From an uncultured virus (IMG/VR IMGVR_UViG_3300049791_000126) (taxonomy: Duplodnaviria > Heunggongvirae > Uroviricota > Caudoviricetes): DNA of 64,000 nucleotides. Position 1 is the stretch's first letter. Each line of letters starts with the position of its first letter. Shown piece by piece: positions 8,256-17,384 of the stretch. A program made the translations under genes and the position numbers. The notes below the pieces were generated by a model. The model saw nothing but the letters and a program-made list of their open reading frames with translations, searched no databases and was not told the origin of the DNA. The stretch is taken from the IMG/VR virus record IMGVR_UViG_3300049791_000126. The stretch is one strand, 5' to 3'.

Positions 8256-9329
8256 ATGCCGCATTATCAGGTTCGGACGAAGAATGGGTCGATCGATCTC
8301 GACACCCACGACCTAGCTGAGGCGACAGCGTGCTGGCAGCGCCTGCCGAACGGGGCGAAGGTCATGGAATACACCGAACGTGACGGCTGGGTAAAAGTCG
8401 ATCCTACCCGACCTGCGCGCTTGGAACCCAACCGCGCCCTCGCGCGCGCCAAGCTCGAGACTCTGGCCTGGGAGCAGACGCCGGAGGGTCGGCGCGGCCG
8501 GTCGGGCTCGCGGCGTGAGGTGCTGCTCGACACGACGGACGGCACCGGAATGGTGCCCCTGGGCGAGCTCACGGACTTTCAGCTGAGGCGATACATTGGG
8601 CCGGGACGGCTCGAGGAAGCGGGAGATATGCGCAAGAACGGACGTGGGATTTATTCGGGTACGGCGGCCAAAGCGAACCGTGGTCTCCGCCGGAACGCCC
8701 GCCGCCCACAATCCTCCCTTGGCCTGCATGAGGACCATGAGCTGATGCAACAGCTCGTGGAGATGGCCGCCGAGTCGATGGAGCTCCCGAACTACAAGGA
8801 CGCGGACCGATCCGCTCAAGCCGACGAGACCGCCGCCCGCAAGCTCTCCCTCTACATCGAAAACGAGTACTCGCTCGTCGGCGCTCCCAACTCCCAGGGC
8901 AAGGCCATCGAAAAGAACCTTCTCGGCCACATGCGTCGCGGCAACTTCGACATCAAGAAGGCCGAGATCGCCTACATGCTCCTCATGGAGACCGGCGCCA
9001 AGAAGTACGCGAAGGAATTCGCGGACGGCAAAGACTGGTCTAAGATCTTCAACAAGCCTACCCTTGAGCTCGTTGCGCATGAGTTCGCGACGAGCTTCGC
9101 CGAAGAGCACGGCGCGCGAGAGCTGGCCCCGAACGCTCGCATCCGTGAATGCACCAAAGCGTACATCCGCACGTATTCGGATACGGATCAGATCACCGCC
9201 TACGTCGAAGGCATCGGCACCGACGGGAAGACCTTCCGGACCGAAGGCGATCCCGACAATACCCACATCCAAGCACTCCTCGCGCGCTGTAAGCGCGAAG
9301 GGATCCCCGTCAAGAAAGAAACCTGGTAA
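8256..9329 (+). CDS. Multi-domain hypothetical protein with repeated (L/M)x(P/R/K)N linkers
   Basis: 357-aa ORF with GC-biased codon usage. Confidence 0.75.
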   Translation: MPHYQVRTKNGSIDLDTHDLAEATACWQRLPNGAKVMEYTERDGWVKVDPTRPARLEPNRALARAKLETLAWEQTPEGRRGRSGSRREVLLDTTDGTGMVPLGELTDFQLRRYIGPGRLEEAGDMRKNGRGIYSGTAAKANRGLRRNARRPQSSLGLHEDHELMQQLVEMAAESMELPNYKDADRSAQADETAARKLSLYIENEYSLVGAPNSQGKAIEKNLLGHMRRGNFDIKKAEIAYMLLMETGAKKYAKEFADGKDWSKIFNKPTLELVAHEFATSFAEEHGARELAPNARIRECTKAYIRTYSDTDQITAYVEGIGTDGKTFRTEGDPDNTHIQALLARCKREGIPVKKETW

Positions 9330-9331
9330 CC

Positions 9332-9730
9332 ATGGCCGCTCGACGCAAAGCAAAACCCACCCGCTCCTCCGCTTCGAAACGCATCACCGACGATGACGTG
9401 AAGGCCGCGGTCGACGTGATCAGCTCCGAGTACTGGCAACAGGTGCGCGAATGCGCGGCTGACTTCGTCGAGCAGTTCAAGAATGGGGAGTTCAAGGACG
9501 AGGAAGACTACCGCGAGCAACTCGAGCAATACGTCGATGGGTCCCAGCGTGTGATCTACCCGTACTGGGCGCGACTCGGACTGCTCGCGACCAATAGCGC
9601 GGACGCCATGGAATAAGAGACCGGCGAAACCCCTACCGGAGACTCAGCTGGCATCTCCAAGCAGATGTACTTCGCGTATCTCCAAGACATCCAGAACGCC
9701 ATCGGCTCGGACATCGACTTCGACGAGTGA
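9332..9730 (+). pseudogene. Acidic protein (possible Ocr-like DNA mimic) with in-frame TAA at 9614-9616
   Basis: The frame continues in coding style after the stop (ETGETPTGD...DIDFDE) to TGA 9728-9730. Confidence 0.55.
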
Positions 9731-9752
9731 GCAGCGCGAGCAAGCCGTAGGG

Positions 9753-10064
9753 CTACGGCGATGGGTTCCAGCGAGATCGGAGGCGAGCGCCGGCCTGCAC
9801 GCCGCCTATTTCCGCGAGCAAGTCGCACAGCTCATTGATGTTCGACTCGCCGGGGACGCGGCGCATGAGCGCGTGACCCATCCCGTGCTCGAGAGAAGCA
9901 ACGCCGATCTTCAACACCGTGAAGAAGAGCGCCGCCTTGATGGGCGAGACACCGTAGACGCCCGCGGCGAAGCCGAGGCCGAAGTGAAGCGGCGTATAGA
10001 GATCGACCGCGGCTTGCCCGTACTCGGAGCGATTCTTCGCGATGAACCCGAGGGCGCGCGGCAT
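9753..10064 (-). CDS. Small membrane protein
   Basis: Gly-rich hydrophobic segments. Confidence 0.6.
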   Translation of the reverse strand: MPRALGFIAKNRSEYGQAAVDLYTPLHFGLGFAAGVYGVSPIKAALFFTVLKIGVASLEHGMGHALMRRVPGESNINELCDLLAEIGGVQAGARLRSRWNPSP

Positions 10065-10071
10065 GCTAAGA

Positions 10072-10794
10072 TCAGACCTGATTGATGACGACCGTGTAGT
10101 GCGAGAACGTCTCGCTGCCGCTACCAGCAGCGGCAGTGACCCGACGGATCATGTGCTGCACCGTATCGCCGGAGTTCGGGGAAATGATGTCGGTCATCGA
10201 AAAATTCGCGTAGATGCCGGATGATCCGCTGATGAATTCGGAAGTCGAAGTCGCCAGCGCACCAACCGTGCCGATCAGCGCCCCGTTGATCGTGTCGTTC
10301 AGGTCGTACGCGATTGGAGTGCCGAGCGTATTTTTGCTGAATGACAGGTTGGCCTGCATACTGAACTTCAGACCCGATGGGCCATTGTAGGTGAAGACGC
10401 CCGTCGTCGTGTTGAGCGACCACATGAGCGAAGTCGGGAACGCTTCGTAAAAGTTCGTGCCGGTCGGTAGCGCCACCCAGGTGCCAACCACGGCCGTAAC
10501 AAGAAACGCGCTGCCCGCGAAATGAGCGGTCGTGCCATCGAACCCTACGGTGTAATCGCTCTGAGCATTCTGCTTGAACCAACATCCTCCGCCACTCAGC
10601 GGCACGAGGAATGTATCACCGATGGTCGTCTGCGTGGAGCTCGCGCTGTAGCGGTAGACGGATTTATTCGCGACGCAGTAGACCTCGGCCCCGTCGCCAC
10701 GGGCAGCCACGTTGAGCGACGTGACGGAATCCACTGTACCAGTCGTCGTCGCGACGACCAGCGAGCAAAATGATCCAGAGGAAGAGTGGTTCAA
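10072..10794 (-). CDS. Putative virion spike/receptor-binding protein (paralogue 1)
   Basis: Ser/Thr/Gly-rich, beta-prone; N-terminal ~75 aa nearly identical to the next gene. Confidence 0.7.
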   Translation of the reverse strand: MNHSSSGSFCSLVVATTTGTVDSVTSLNVAARGDGAEVYCVANKSVYRYSASSTQTTIGDTFLVPLSGGGCWFKQNAQSDYTVGFDGTTAHFAGSAFLVTAVVGTWVALPTGTNFYEAFPTSLMWSLNTTTGVFTYNGPSGLKFSMQANLSFSKNTLGTPIAYDLNDTINGALIGTVGALATSTSEFISGSSGIYANFSMTDIISPNSGDTVQHMIRRVTAAAGSGSETFSHYTVVINQV

Positions 10795-10827
10795 TAGGCC
10801 TCAATCAACGATGGGGGATCCCGTGAC

Positions 10828-11556
10828 TTACGCGAGTGGCGTAATCACGACCGAATAGCGACTTGCTGTAAATGTGCCAGGGCTGGGCGAGATGCACCGC
10901 AGCGCGTGCTGGATATTGGACCCATTTTGAGGAGTCAAGATGCTGTCGAGAGAGATCTGGGTGAGGTTGCCGCTGAGTCCAGACACGGACGCCGATGACT
11001 GCTTCGCCGAAGCGGTCGTGGTGCCGATGATGCTACTGTTTTCCGTGACCGCAAATTCGATCGTCTGATCCGTGCGCCCACCGACTGGATTGTCATCGCT
11101 GACCGACAACATGGCATTCAGCAAAAAGGAGAGCCCGGTCGGGCCCACGTAATTGATGACGCCGCTCGTCGTGCTCATATTGAATAGCGCCGACTGGATG
11201 ACCGCTGCAAAAAAGTTCGCCCCGAACGGCAGCACGTGCCAAACGTTCTGGGCAAGCCCTCCGAACACGGCGCCGTTGAACGACGTGCTCGTGATGATCT
11301 GCTCGCCGAATAACCCCTGGGTGTTCTGCCTAAACCAGCAGCCTCCGCCGGAGAGCGGCACCAGGTAGGCGTCCGTGTTGGGGACCGCCACCTGGGTTGA
11401 GTTCGCGTTGTACCGATACAACGCCTGGTTTGCAATGCAGTAGCACTCCGCCCCATCACCACGGGCGGCGACATTGAGGCTCGTGATCGAATCTACCGCG
11501 CCGGTCGTCGTCGCGACGACCAGCGAGCAAAACGACCCAGCGGAGGAGTGATTCAC
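10828..11556 (-). CDS. Putative virion spike/receptor-binding protein (paralogue 2)
   Basis: Shares NHSSxGSFCSLVVATTTG...VPLSGGGCWF with 10072-10794. Confidence 0.7.
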   Translation of the reverse strand: MNHSSAGSFCSLVVATTTGAVDSITSLNVAARGDGAECYCIANQALYRYNANSTQVAVPNTDAYLVPLSGGGCWFRQNTQGLFGEQIITSTSFNGAVFGGLAQNVWHVLPFGANFFAAVIQSALFNMSTTSGVINYVGPTGLSFLLNAMLSVSDDNPVGGRTDQTIEFAVTENSSIIGTTTASAKQSSASVSGLSGNLTQISLDSILTPQNGSNIQHALRCISPSPGTFTASRYSVVITPLA

Positions 11557-11563
11557 GATTTCC

Positions 11564-12346
11564 TTAGGCGGGCTGAATGATCAGATTGTATTGCGTGACA
11601 GTCAGGTTATGGGCACCTGAGCGGTTTCGGACGGCTCCGAAGAATGTGTCACCAGTCGTCATGCCTTGTGACCTTTGAGTCGTGAGCTGCGCACCGAGCG
11701 CTACCGTCGTCGTGTCGACCGTCGTGCGACCTGCTGAGCCGACGAAGGTCGTCGTGCCGATGACAGATCCCGAGCCAGTCATCAACGCGAACTCGATCAC
11801 TTCTGCGGCGGTCGCAGAGGCGACTGTCGCTTGCGCGGTCATGAGGAATGCGGCGCCCGTTGGACCTGTGTACGTGTAGACGCCCGTCGTGGTGTCCAGA
11901 GTCCAGTAGCTGCTCTGGCGTCCAAAGCCGTAGAAGTTCGACCCGGAGGGCAGAGCGATCCAGGTGTCCTGCACGACCGCGAATGAGCTCGACGATTGGA
12001 GCCCGACCCCACCTTGGCTTTGCGCCACGCGCGGATCGCTTCCGATGCTGTTGCCCACGAAGAACCAGCGACCCGGACCGGCAAGGGGCGCAATGACCGA
12101 GCCATCCACAGTTTGCGCCGTCGTCGAATTGAGCTTGTTCAGGCGATAGGTACCGCCGCCGTTCGTGAGCACGTAGGCAAGGGCGCCGTTCGGGAGCTCG
12201 GTCGTGTTGACTCCGTCGAGGGAGTCGGACGGATCAGTAGAGTCGACCACGCCGAGGGACCCGACGATGATGTTTCGGAGAGCGACGGCAGCACGTTGGG
12301 TATCGGACATGGAGGCAAAAATCCTTGCTTGGGGGATGAGAAGCAA
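11564..12346 (-). CDS. Putative virion spike/receptor-binding protein (paralogue 3)
   Basis: Shares WxALPxGxNFY and TTTGVxTYxGPxG with the two downstream genes. Confidence 0.7.
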   Translation of the reverse strand: MLLIPQARIFASMSDTQRAAVALRNIIVGSLGVVDSTDPSDSLDGVNTTELPNGALAYVLTNGGGTYRLNKLNSTTAQTVDGSVIAPLAGPGRWFFVGNSIGSDPRVAQSQGGVGLQSSSSFAVVQDTWIALPSGSNFYGFGRQSSYWTLDTTTGVYTYTGPTGAAFLMTAQATVASATAAEVIEFALMTGSGSVIGTTTFVGSAGRTTVDTTTVALGAQLTTQRSQGMTTGDTFFGAVRNRSGAHNLTVTQYNLIIQPA

Positions 12347-12406
12347 GGGCGATCCTGCCCGAGAATACCCCGGGGACGCAACTTTTTGGGTCGAGTGGGG
12401 ACTTTC

Positions 12407-12640
12407 CTAGTTTGATCCCAGGCCCTGGGAAGCCTTTTCTGGAGGCTGCGGAAGCGCTCGCCAGTGCGTGATGCGCTCGGGTTGCCCAAACACTGGGGCA
12501 AAGTCGACCACCTGACCCTCATACCATGCACCGTTGTACCGGTGTGCCAGCTCAAATCCGGCTTCGAAGTCGACCGACTCGGAGAGCCAGACCAGAACGA
12601 GCACCGAGTCTGGTGGCAAATCGACGACCGGGAGCCACAT
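12407..12640 (-). CDS. DUF551-like small phage protein
   Basis: WLPV..LP...VLV and ITHWRALPQPP motifs. Confidence 0.7.
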   Translation of the reverse strand: MWLPVVDLPPDSVLVLVWLSESVDFEAGFELAHRYNGAWYEGQVVDFAPVFGQPERITHWRALPQPPEKASQGLGSN

Positions 12641-13257
12641 CAGATCACCGACCAATCAATGCTCGCCATGTCGCCCTTGCCTGACTCGATCTGGATGTAG
12701 TTGTAGCCGTCGTTAGCGCGGGGCCCTGCCGTGAATTTCATCCCGCAGCGCACGACCTGAGCGTTGACGCGGACTTCGCGCGTATCCCAATTCGTGCAGG
12801 CGATGTGGTTGAGATCGTCGGTGGTCTTCAGGCACCAAGCGATCGTGCCGAGGTCCATCCGCACTTTGCTCGAGACGTTCGTGGCGGGGGAGCAAGGGGG
12901 CTCGGGGGGTGGTACGGCGGCAGTGCCGCCGGAGCCCGCGCTCGGGCCGCCAGAGGAGCTGCCCGCGACGCTCGTCGAGCCTCCGTTCGCTGCGGAAGCG
13001 CCGGCCGCTGAGAGAGCGCCTGCGACTCCAATGCTGTCAGGCGCCCCCGCTGCGGCATCCGGCGCGCCAGCGGCGCCCACTGCCACCGCCTGCCCGGCTT
13101 CGCCCGCTGTCGGCTCCGATCCGATCAGCTGCTCCGGCCCAAACGGCTCGCCGCCGCACGCGGACAGAGTGAGCAGCACCAGACCCAGAAAAAAATACAG
13201 GACCTTCATTTGGCTTCTGAGAGTCCTACGGCGGCGTTTGCGGTTCCCTTCCTTCAT
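12640..13257 (-). CDS. Lipoprotein with Gly/Ala-rich linker and Cys-containing C-terminal domain (myxobacterial style)
   Basis: LLTLSACGG lipobox, AGxAG linker; start at 13257 or 13209. Confidence 0.7.
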   Translation of the reverse strand: MKEGNRKRRRRTLRSQMKVLYFFLGLVLLTLSACGGEPFGPEQLIGSEPTAGEAGQAVAVGAAGAPDAAAGAPDSIGVAGALSAAGASAANGGSTSVAGSSSGGPSAGSGGTAAVPPPEPPCSPATNVSSKVRMDLGTIAWCLKTTDDLNHIACTNWDTREVRVNAQVVRCGMKFTAGPRANDGYNYIQIESGKGDMASIDWSVI

Positions 13258-13280
13258 GACACTATGGTACTAGCACGGTA

Positions 13281-14618
13281 ATGGCAAATACTCCCCCAGA
13301 TCCTCATGACGCGGCCTTTTTCGAGCAAATGCGGCAATGCCGCGAGCCCTATCGGCGACTCGCCGACTGCTTCGACGCGGTAGTCGGGAAACAGGAGAGC
13401 TGCCTCGACATCGGGTGCGGGATCGGTCTCCAGACCGCGCGGCTCAAGGATCTCGGTTGGGGGGCCGTAGGCGCAGAGCACTCGCCCTATGCGATCGAGA
13501 TGATCGAGCCGGGGGTCACGGTCCTTCCCTTCGATCTAACGTTACCGAATCACACGCTCGGCGAACCCTTCTCGTGCGTCGTGTGCACGGAGACTGGCGA
13601 GCACATACCCGCCGAACATGCGATGGCTGTCGCGCGCAATGTCGCCAGCTCTGCAACCAATTTCATCATCTGGTCTGCGGCCGCTCCCGGCCAAGAGTGG
13701 GAGGGGCACATCAACCTCCAGCACCCCGAGTATTGGCTCACTCGCTTTCGGATGCTCGGCTGGGATCTCGATGACGACCGCACGGCGAAGCTCCGCTACC
13801 TGATGAGCAAAACCAACGCGCAGCACGTGCTCGGCAAGGAGAACTTCTGCGTGCTCGTGCCGACGGGTAGGCCGCTTCACATGACGATCGTGAGCACGAT
13901 CCTGAACGGCGAGAAGTGGATCGAAAAGCATGTCGAGAGCGTGCGTCGGCAAACCTTCCAGTCTTTCACTCACGTCGTGATCGACGCGGCGAGCAATGAC
14001 GGAACGAACGACATCGTCAGAGAGTTGCTCCGCGGAACCGATGGGCAACTTATCTTGAAGACCAACGATCCGCGCAAAGCCGCGCTCGAGAACCTCTGGG
14101 AGACCATCCACGATCTCCGCCTCCCTGACGACGAAGTCATCGTGTGGCTCGACGGAGACGACTGGCTCGCGCACGACCAGGCGCTCGAGATCGTGGCGCG
14201 CGTTTACTGCTCGGACAAGGAGCCCTGGCTCACGTTCGGGCAGTTTATGTTCCAGGACGGAGGGATGGGATTTGCGAGCCCCTACGCACCTGGCGCGCAC
14301 GCACGGCTCGATCCAGTGTGGAGAGCGACGCACTTGAAGACATTCCGCGCGGGGCTCGTGAAGAAGCTCAACGTCGAGGACATCAAGCATCCCGACAGCT
14401 CGTGGGTCGATCTCGCGATCGATCGCGCCATCATGTGGCCGCTGCTCGAGATGGCGGGCGACCACTACGCCTGCATCCCGCAGATCGTCTCGGTCTACAA
14501 CTACGACGCCTCCTGGGCCGCGAACCGCCCCGCCGATCAGCTGAAGATCGAGCTCGATGAGGTCGCGCGCCTGCGCGGGCTCACGCCGTATCCGGCGCTC
14601 TCGAAGCGCCCTTGGTGA
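13281..14618 (+). CDS. Class I SAM methyltransferase fused to a GT2 glycosyltransferase
   Basis: LDIGCGIG and EHI...GHIN (MTase); IDAASNDGT and LDGDD (GT-A). Confidence 0.88.
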   Translation: MANTPPDPHDAAFFEQMRQCREPYRRLADCFDAVVGKQESCLDIGCGIGLQTARLKDLGWGAVGAEHSPYAIEMIEPGVTVLPFDLTLPNHTLGEPFSCVVCTETGEHIPAEHAMAVARNVASSATNFIIWSAAAPGQEWEGHINLQHPEYWLTRFRMLGWDLDDDRTAKLRYLMSKTNAQHVLGKENFCVLVPTGRPLHMTIVSTILNGEKWIEKHVESVRRQTFQSFTHVVIDAASNDGTNDIVRELLRGTDGQLILKTNDPRKAALENLWETIHDLRLPDDEVIVWLDGDDWLAHDQALEIVARVYCSDKEPWLTFGQFMFQDGGMGFASPYAPGAHARLDPVWRATHLKTFRAGLVKKLNVEDIKHPDSSWVDLAIDRAIMWPLLEMAGDHYACIPQIVSVYNYDASWAANRPADQLKIELDEVARLRGLTPYPALSKRPW

Positions 14619-14647
14619 CAACCGTAATAAAAAAGAAAGGCCGAGTA

Positions 14648-14869
14648 ATGAGTGAGTTCAAGCAGTACCGCCGCAAACAAATCGCCGAGCTTCGCACCTG
14701 GGAGCCCGGGGACGACATAGCCGGAGTGAGCATTTCGCCAGAAGACACGAAAGCGGGCTCCCCGAAGGCCGGGGACATGATCGCGCGGAATCCAAAGAAC
14801 CACGCCGATCAATGGCTCGTGTCGGCGGTGTATTTCGCCGACAATTTCGAGCCAGCTAACGCAGGCTAG
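14648..14869 (+). CDS. Small phage hypothetical protein
   Basis: FKQYRRKQIAELR...GDMIARNP...YFADNFE. Confidence 0.65.
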   Translation: MSEFKQYRRKQIAELRTWEPGDDIAGVSISPEDTKAGSPKAGDMIARNPKNHADQWLVSAVYFADNFEPANAG

Positions 14870-15843
14870 ACCAACCGCTTGCCCGATCGCGCCTGGTAGC
14901 GCCGCTCGATGCGAAACCCGTGAGCCTCCGGATCTCTGCCGAGGCTCACGGCGCGATCGTGGACGCCTTCCGTCGCTCCAATACGCGCCATCTGCTCGGC
15001 GATCCTGAGCGGATGCGGGCCGTAGGGGCCTTCGCTCGAGAGCGGCGTGTCCGAGTGCGGCGCGACTACCCAGACGTAGTAGGAGGCGTTCGGATCCATG
15101 CCGAAGCGGCGTCCTTCTTGCTCTTCTTCGCTGAGCAGGTCCCAGTCATTGCAGACCGGAAGCGTATTCGTTAAGCCGTAGCGCTGTCGGTAGGCGCGTG
15201 CATCCGGATGATCGCTCGTCCAACCGATGCGCCGACGCGCAAGATCTCGCGCGTCCCGTGCTTCGGCTTCGGCTCGAGAAGGGTTCGGGAGCAGGACCAC
15301 ACCATGCCGATCCCGCACTTCCCGGTAAAGCAATTCGCCACCCGGCACGTTGGAAAACCCAGCCTGCGCCCAGGTGGCGGGGCGATTGAGCTTTCGAGCG
15401 AGCTCCCGATCGACCGACACGCCCGCCGCCTCTGCTGCAAGCAGCAGAGTCTTGCCGGTCACCCGATCACCTCGGGCGACTTCATCGAGCGATGGGTGGC
15501 GAGCGGCGGAGATTGCCCACTTTCCCGGAGCGCGTTCAACGCCACTGCGCACTAGATCTTGCGGCGCATCCAAGTGCACTTCCCAGATCGCCCAGCCTAC
15601 TTGACTCGATCCGAAGCGCTTCGTCGTCACGCCCTTGCGGCGCTCCTTGTCTTGACTGACCAGGCCTTTCCTTGCCGCTGCCTTGAGCAAACGATAGGCA
15701 TCTACGGTCGCCACACCGATCCCTGCGGCTACCTCATCGGTCGTCGCACGCCCCCAGCCGTAGCCATTGGCTCCGCCGAGCCCATCATAGTCTTCCGACT
15801 CGAACGCGATCCAGTTCGCGGCGTCCTCTACCGTCGCCATCAC
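14866..15843 (-). CDS. Multi-domain hypothetical protein (N-terminal HTH-like segment, PN linkers)
   Basis: 325-aa ORF in a co-directional run. Confidence 0.65.
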   Translation of the reverse strand: MMATVEDAANWIAFESEDYDGLGGANGYGWGRATTDEVAAGIGVATVDAYRLLKAAARKGLVSQDKERRKGVTTKRFGSSQVGWAIWEVHLDAPQDLVRSGVERAPGKWAISAARHPSLDEVARGDRVTGKTLLLAAEAAGVSVDRELARKLNRPATWAQAGFSNVPGGELLYREVRDRHGVVLLPNPSRAEAEARDARDLARRRIGWTSDHPDARAYRQRYGLTNTLPVCNDWDLLSEEEQEGRRFGMDPNASYYVWVVAPHSDTPLSSEGPYGPHPLRIAEQMARIGATEGVHDRAVSLGRDPEAHGFRIERRYQARSGKRLV

Positions 15844-15919
15844 GGACCCGCCGGCATGGGCATGAGCCCCACCTCGAAGGCCGCTGTGACGTATCCACGC
15901 GCCTCTTGTTGGCTAACGC

Positions 15920-16141
15920 TCATACTCTCACCGGTCCCCTCACCATCACCGTGTGCTGAGATTTGCAGATCGCGCAGATCCCACACGCTCCGCAGATCCG
16001 AAGCGTCGCGTGAAGCCGCGTGTCCTTGTGCCCGCAGTACTGACACGACAAGTCGACAACAACCGGCACAGGCTCGGGGGGTCGGCTGTAATGACAGCCG
16101 CAGCCCGAGCACGCGTGCCTGCCGAGCGCTGGCCGCTCCAT
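15920..16141 (-). CDS. Small Cys-rich (zinc-finger-like) protein
   Basis: Four CxxC motifs. Confidence 0.5.
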   Translation of the reverse strand: MERPALGRHACSGCGCHYSRPPEPVPVVVDLSCQYCGHKDTRLHATLRICGACGICAICKSQHTVMVRGPVRV

Positions 16142-16482
16142 CACTTCACCAGTTTTTCCACCGTCGACTGCACTTGACCCCATTGGGACACGAGAGTCGG
16201 CAGCTCCGCCAAGATCGAGTACACGCTCGCGCACATCGCCACGAAGCGCACGCAGTCACCGAGCTTCACGTGCGCATCGCGCGGAGGCGGCGGGGACTCT
16301 TGAATCGGACCGATGAAGGCTTTGCGTGCTTTGGCTGCGCCCATGTCGCCCACTAACCCATCGATCATGAGTTTCCCGACGACAGCGGCTCCGCCGAGGA
16401 GAAGCCCGTAGCCGATGAGCTGCTCGGTGCCTCGGGAAATCGGCGGCAGCGGTGTGGGCGTGGGGGGGGCGAGCGCGAGCAT
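16141..16482 (-). CDS. Membrane protein
   Basis: Two hydrophobic segments; coupled to neighbouring genes. Confidence 0.6.
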   Translation of the reverse strand: MLALAPPTPTPLPPISRGTEQLIGYGLLLGGAAVVGKLMIDGLVGDMGAAKARKAFIGPIQESPPPPRDAHVKLGDCVRFVAMCASVYSILAELPTLVSQWGQVQSTVEKLVK

Positions 16483-16730
16483 CAGGAGTTCCAGAGGCGA
16501 AGGTAGCGGACGACTTCAGCTGTCTTCAGGTGGAGGCGGAGGAACTTACCGACGGATTTCGAGACGGCAAAGCATTGCTCGTCGATGTGCTCAGAAACCC
16601 ACTCGCGCAGCGCTCGGATGTCGTCCGTGGGGAATTCTTTGGTCGCAAAGAACTCTCCCGCGAGATCCGGATCATCGAGTTGCTCCTGCAGCTCACGCGC
16701 AAACTGCTCGTTGAGATCCGGGGCTGCCAT
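16482..16730 (-). CDS. Hypothetical protein
   Basis: MAAPDLNEQF... start chosen from gene packing. Confidence 0.55.
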   Translation of the reverse strand: MAAPDLNEQFARELQEQLDDPDLAGEFFATKEFPTDDIRALREWVSEHIDEQCFAVSKSVGKFLRLHLKTAEVVRYLRLWNS

Positions 16731-16737
16731 GAGCGAG

Positions 16738-17364
16738 CTACCCCATCGTGACGGACATTGGCAGGAGCGCATAGCCCGATGGCGCAGGGAGCTCGGTGCC
16801 GCACTGCGACGCGATGGTCTGCGGCACGACGAGCTTCCGACCGCCCGAGCACCAGGCCGCCTGCGGGCTCGGCACATGGAACTTCGCGCTGATCTTCGCA
16901 CCGTGCGTCGCGAGCCAGCTCGCGGGCTCGACGGCTGTCCCCATGGCCGCCTGGCCCGCTGAAGTGCGGGACAGATTCCAGACCGCGAACGTAAACCGAC
17001 TCGCGAGCCCGATCTGCTCGCCTGCGCCAACCGAGTCGCCCGAATGCACCTGGGCGAGGAAGGAGTTCGGGTCACCCGTGTATTCGAGCACGACGGCTTG
17101 ATCCGAGGGGATGATCAGGATGCGGCCCGGCATGGAGTCCGCGACGACGCCGCGGACGGGGCAGTAGACTTCCGTCTGGCCCGAGAAGCTCGTGATGGTC
17201 ATCGACGGATCGCAGGACCCATCGCCCGAGCAGCGGGAGGCAAAGCCGTCTTTGACCAGCGTGCGCCAGGGGTGATAGAGCGCGCGGAAGGCGCACAGGG
17301 CGCCAACGGTCCCCCAGAAGAGCGCGCCGTAGGGGTGTTTTTGCTTCTTCGGGGAATCGGCCAT
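16738..17364 (-). CDS. Membrane-anchored protein with a degenerate M23 peptidase-like fold
   Basis: VYCPVRGVV, VHSGDSVGAGEQIG and VEPASWL resemble the M23 scaffold, but the His ligands are absent. Confidence 0.55.
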   Translation of the reverse strand: MADSPKKQKHPYGALFWGTVGALCAFRALYHPWRTLVKDGFASRCSGDGSCDPSMTITSFSGQTEVYCPVRGVVADSMPGRILIIPSDQAVVLEYTGDPNSFLAQVHSGDSVGAGEQIGLASRFTFAVWNLSRTSAGQAAMGTAVEPASWLATHGAKISAKFHVPSPQAAWCSGGRKLVVPQTIASQCGTELPAPSGYALLPMSVTMG

Positions 17365-17384
17365 CGTATTACCTTCCGCAAAAT

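Noticed and set aside
9614..9616. Stop-codon reassignment
   Set aside because: TAA, TAG and TGA all terminate well-defined genes elsewhere; a single case.
10072..11556. Diversity-generating retroelement template/variable pair
   Set aside because: No reverse transcriptase seen and differences are not adenine-specific; ordinary paralogues.
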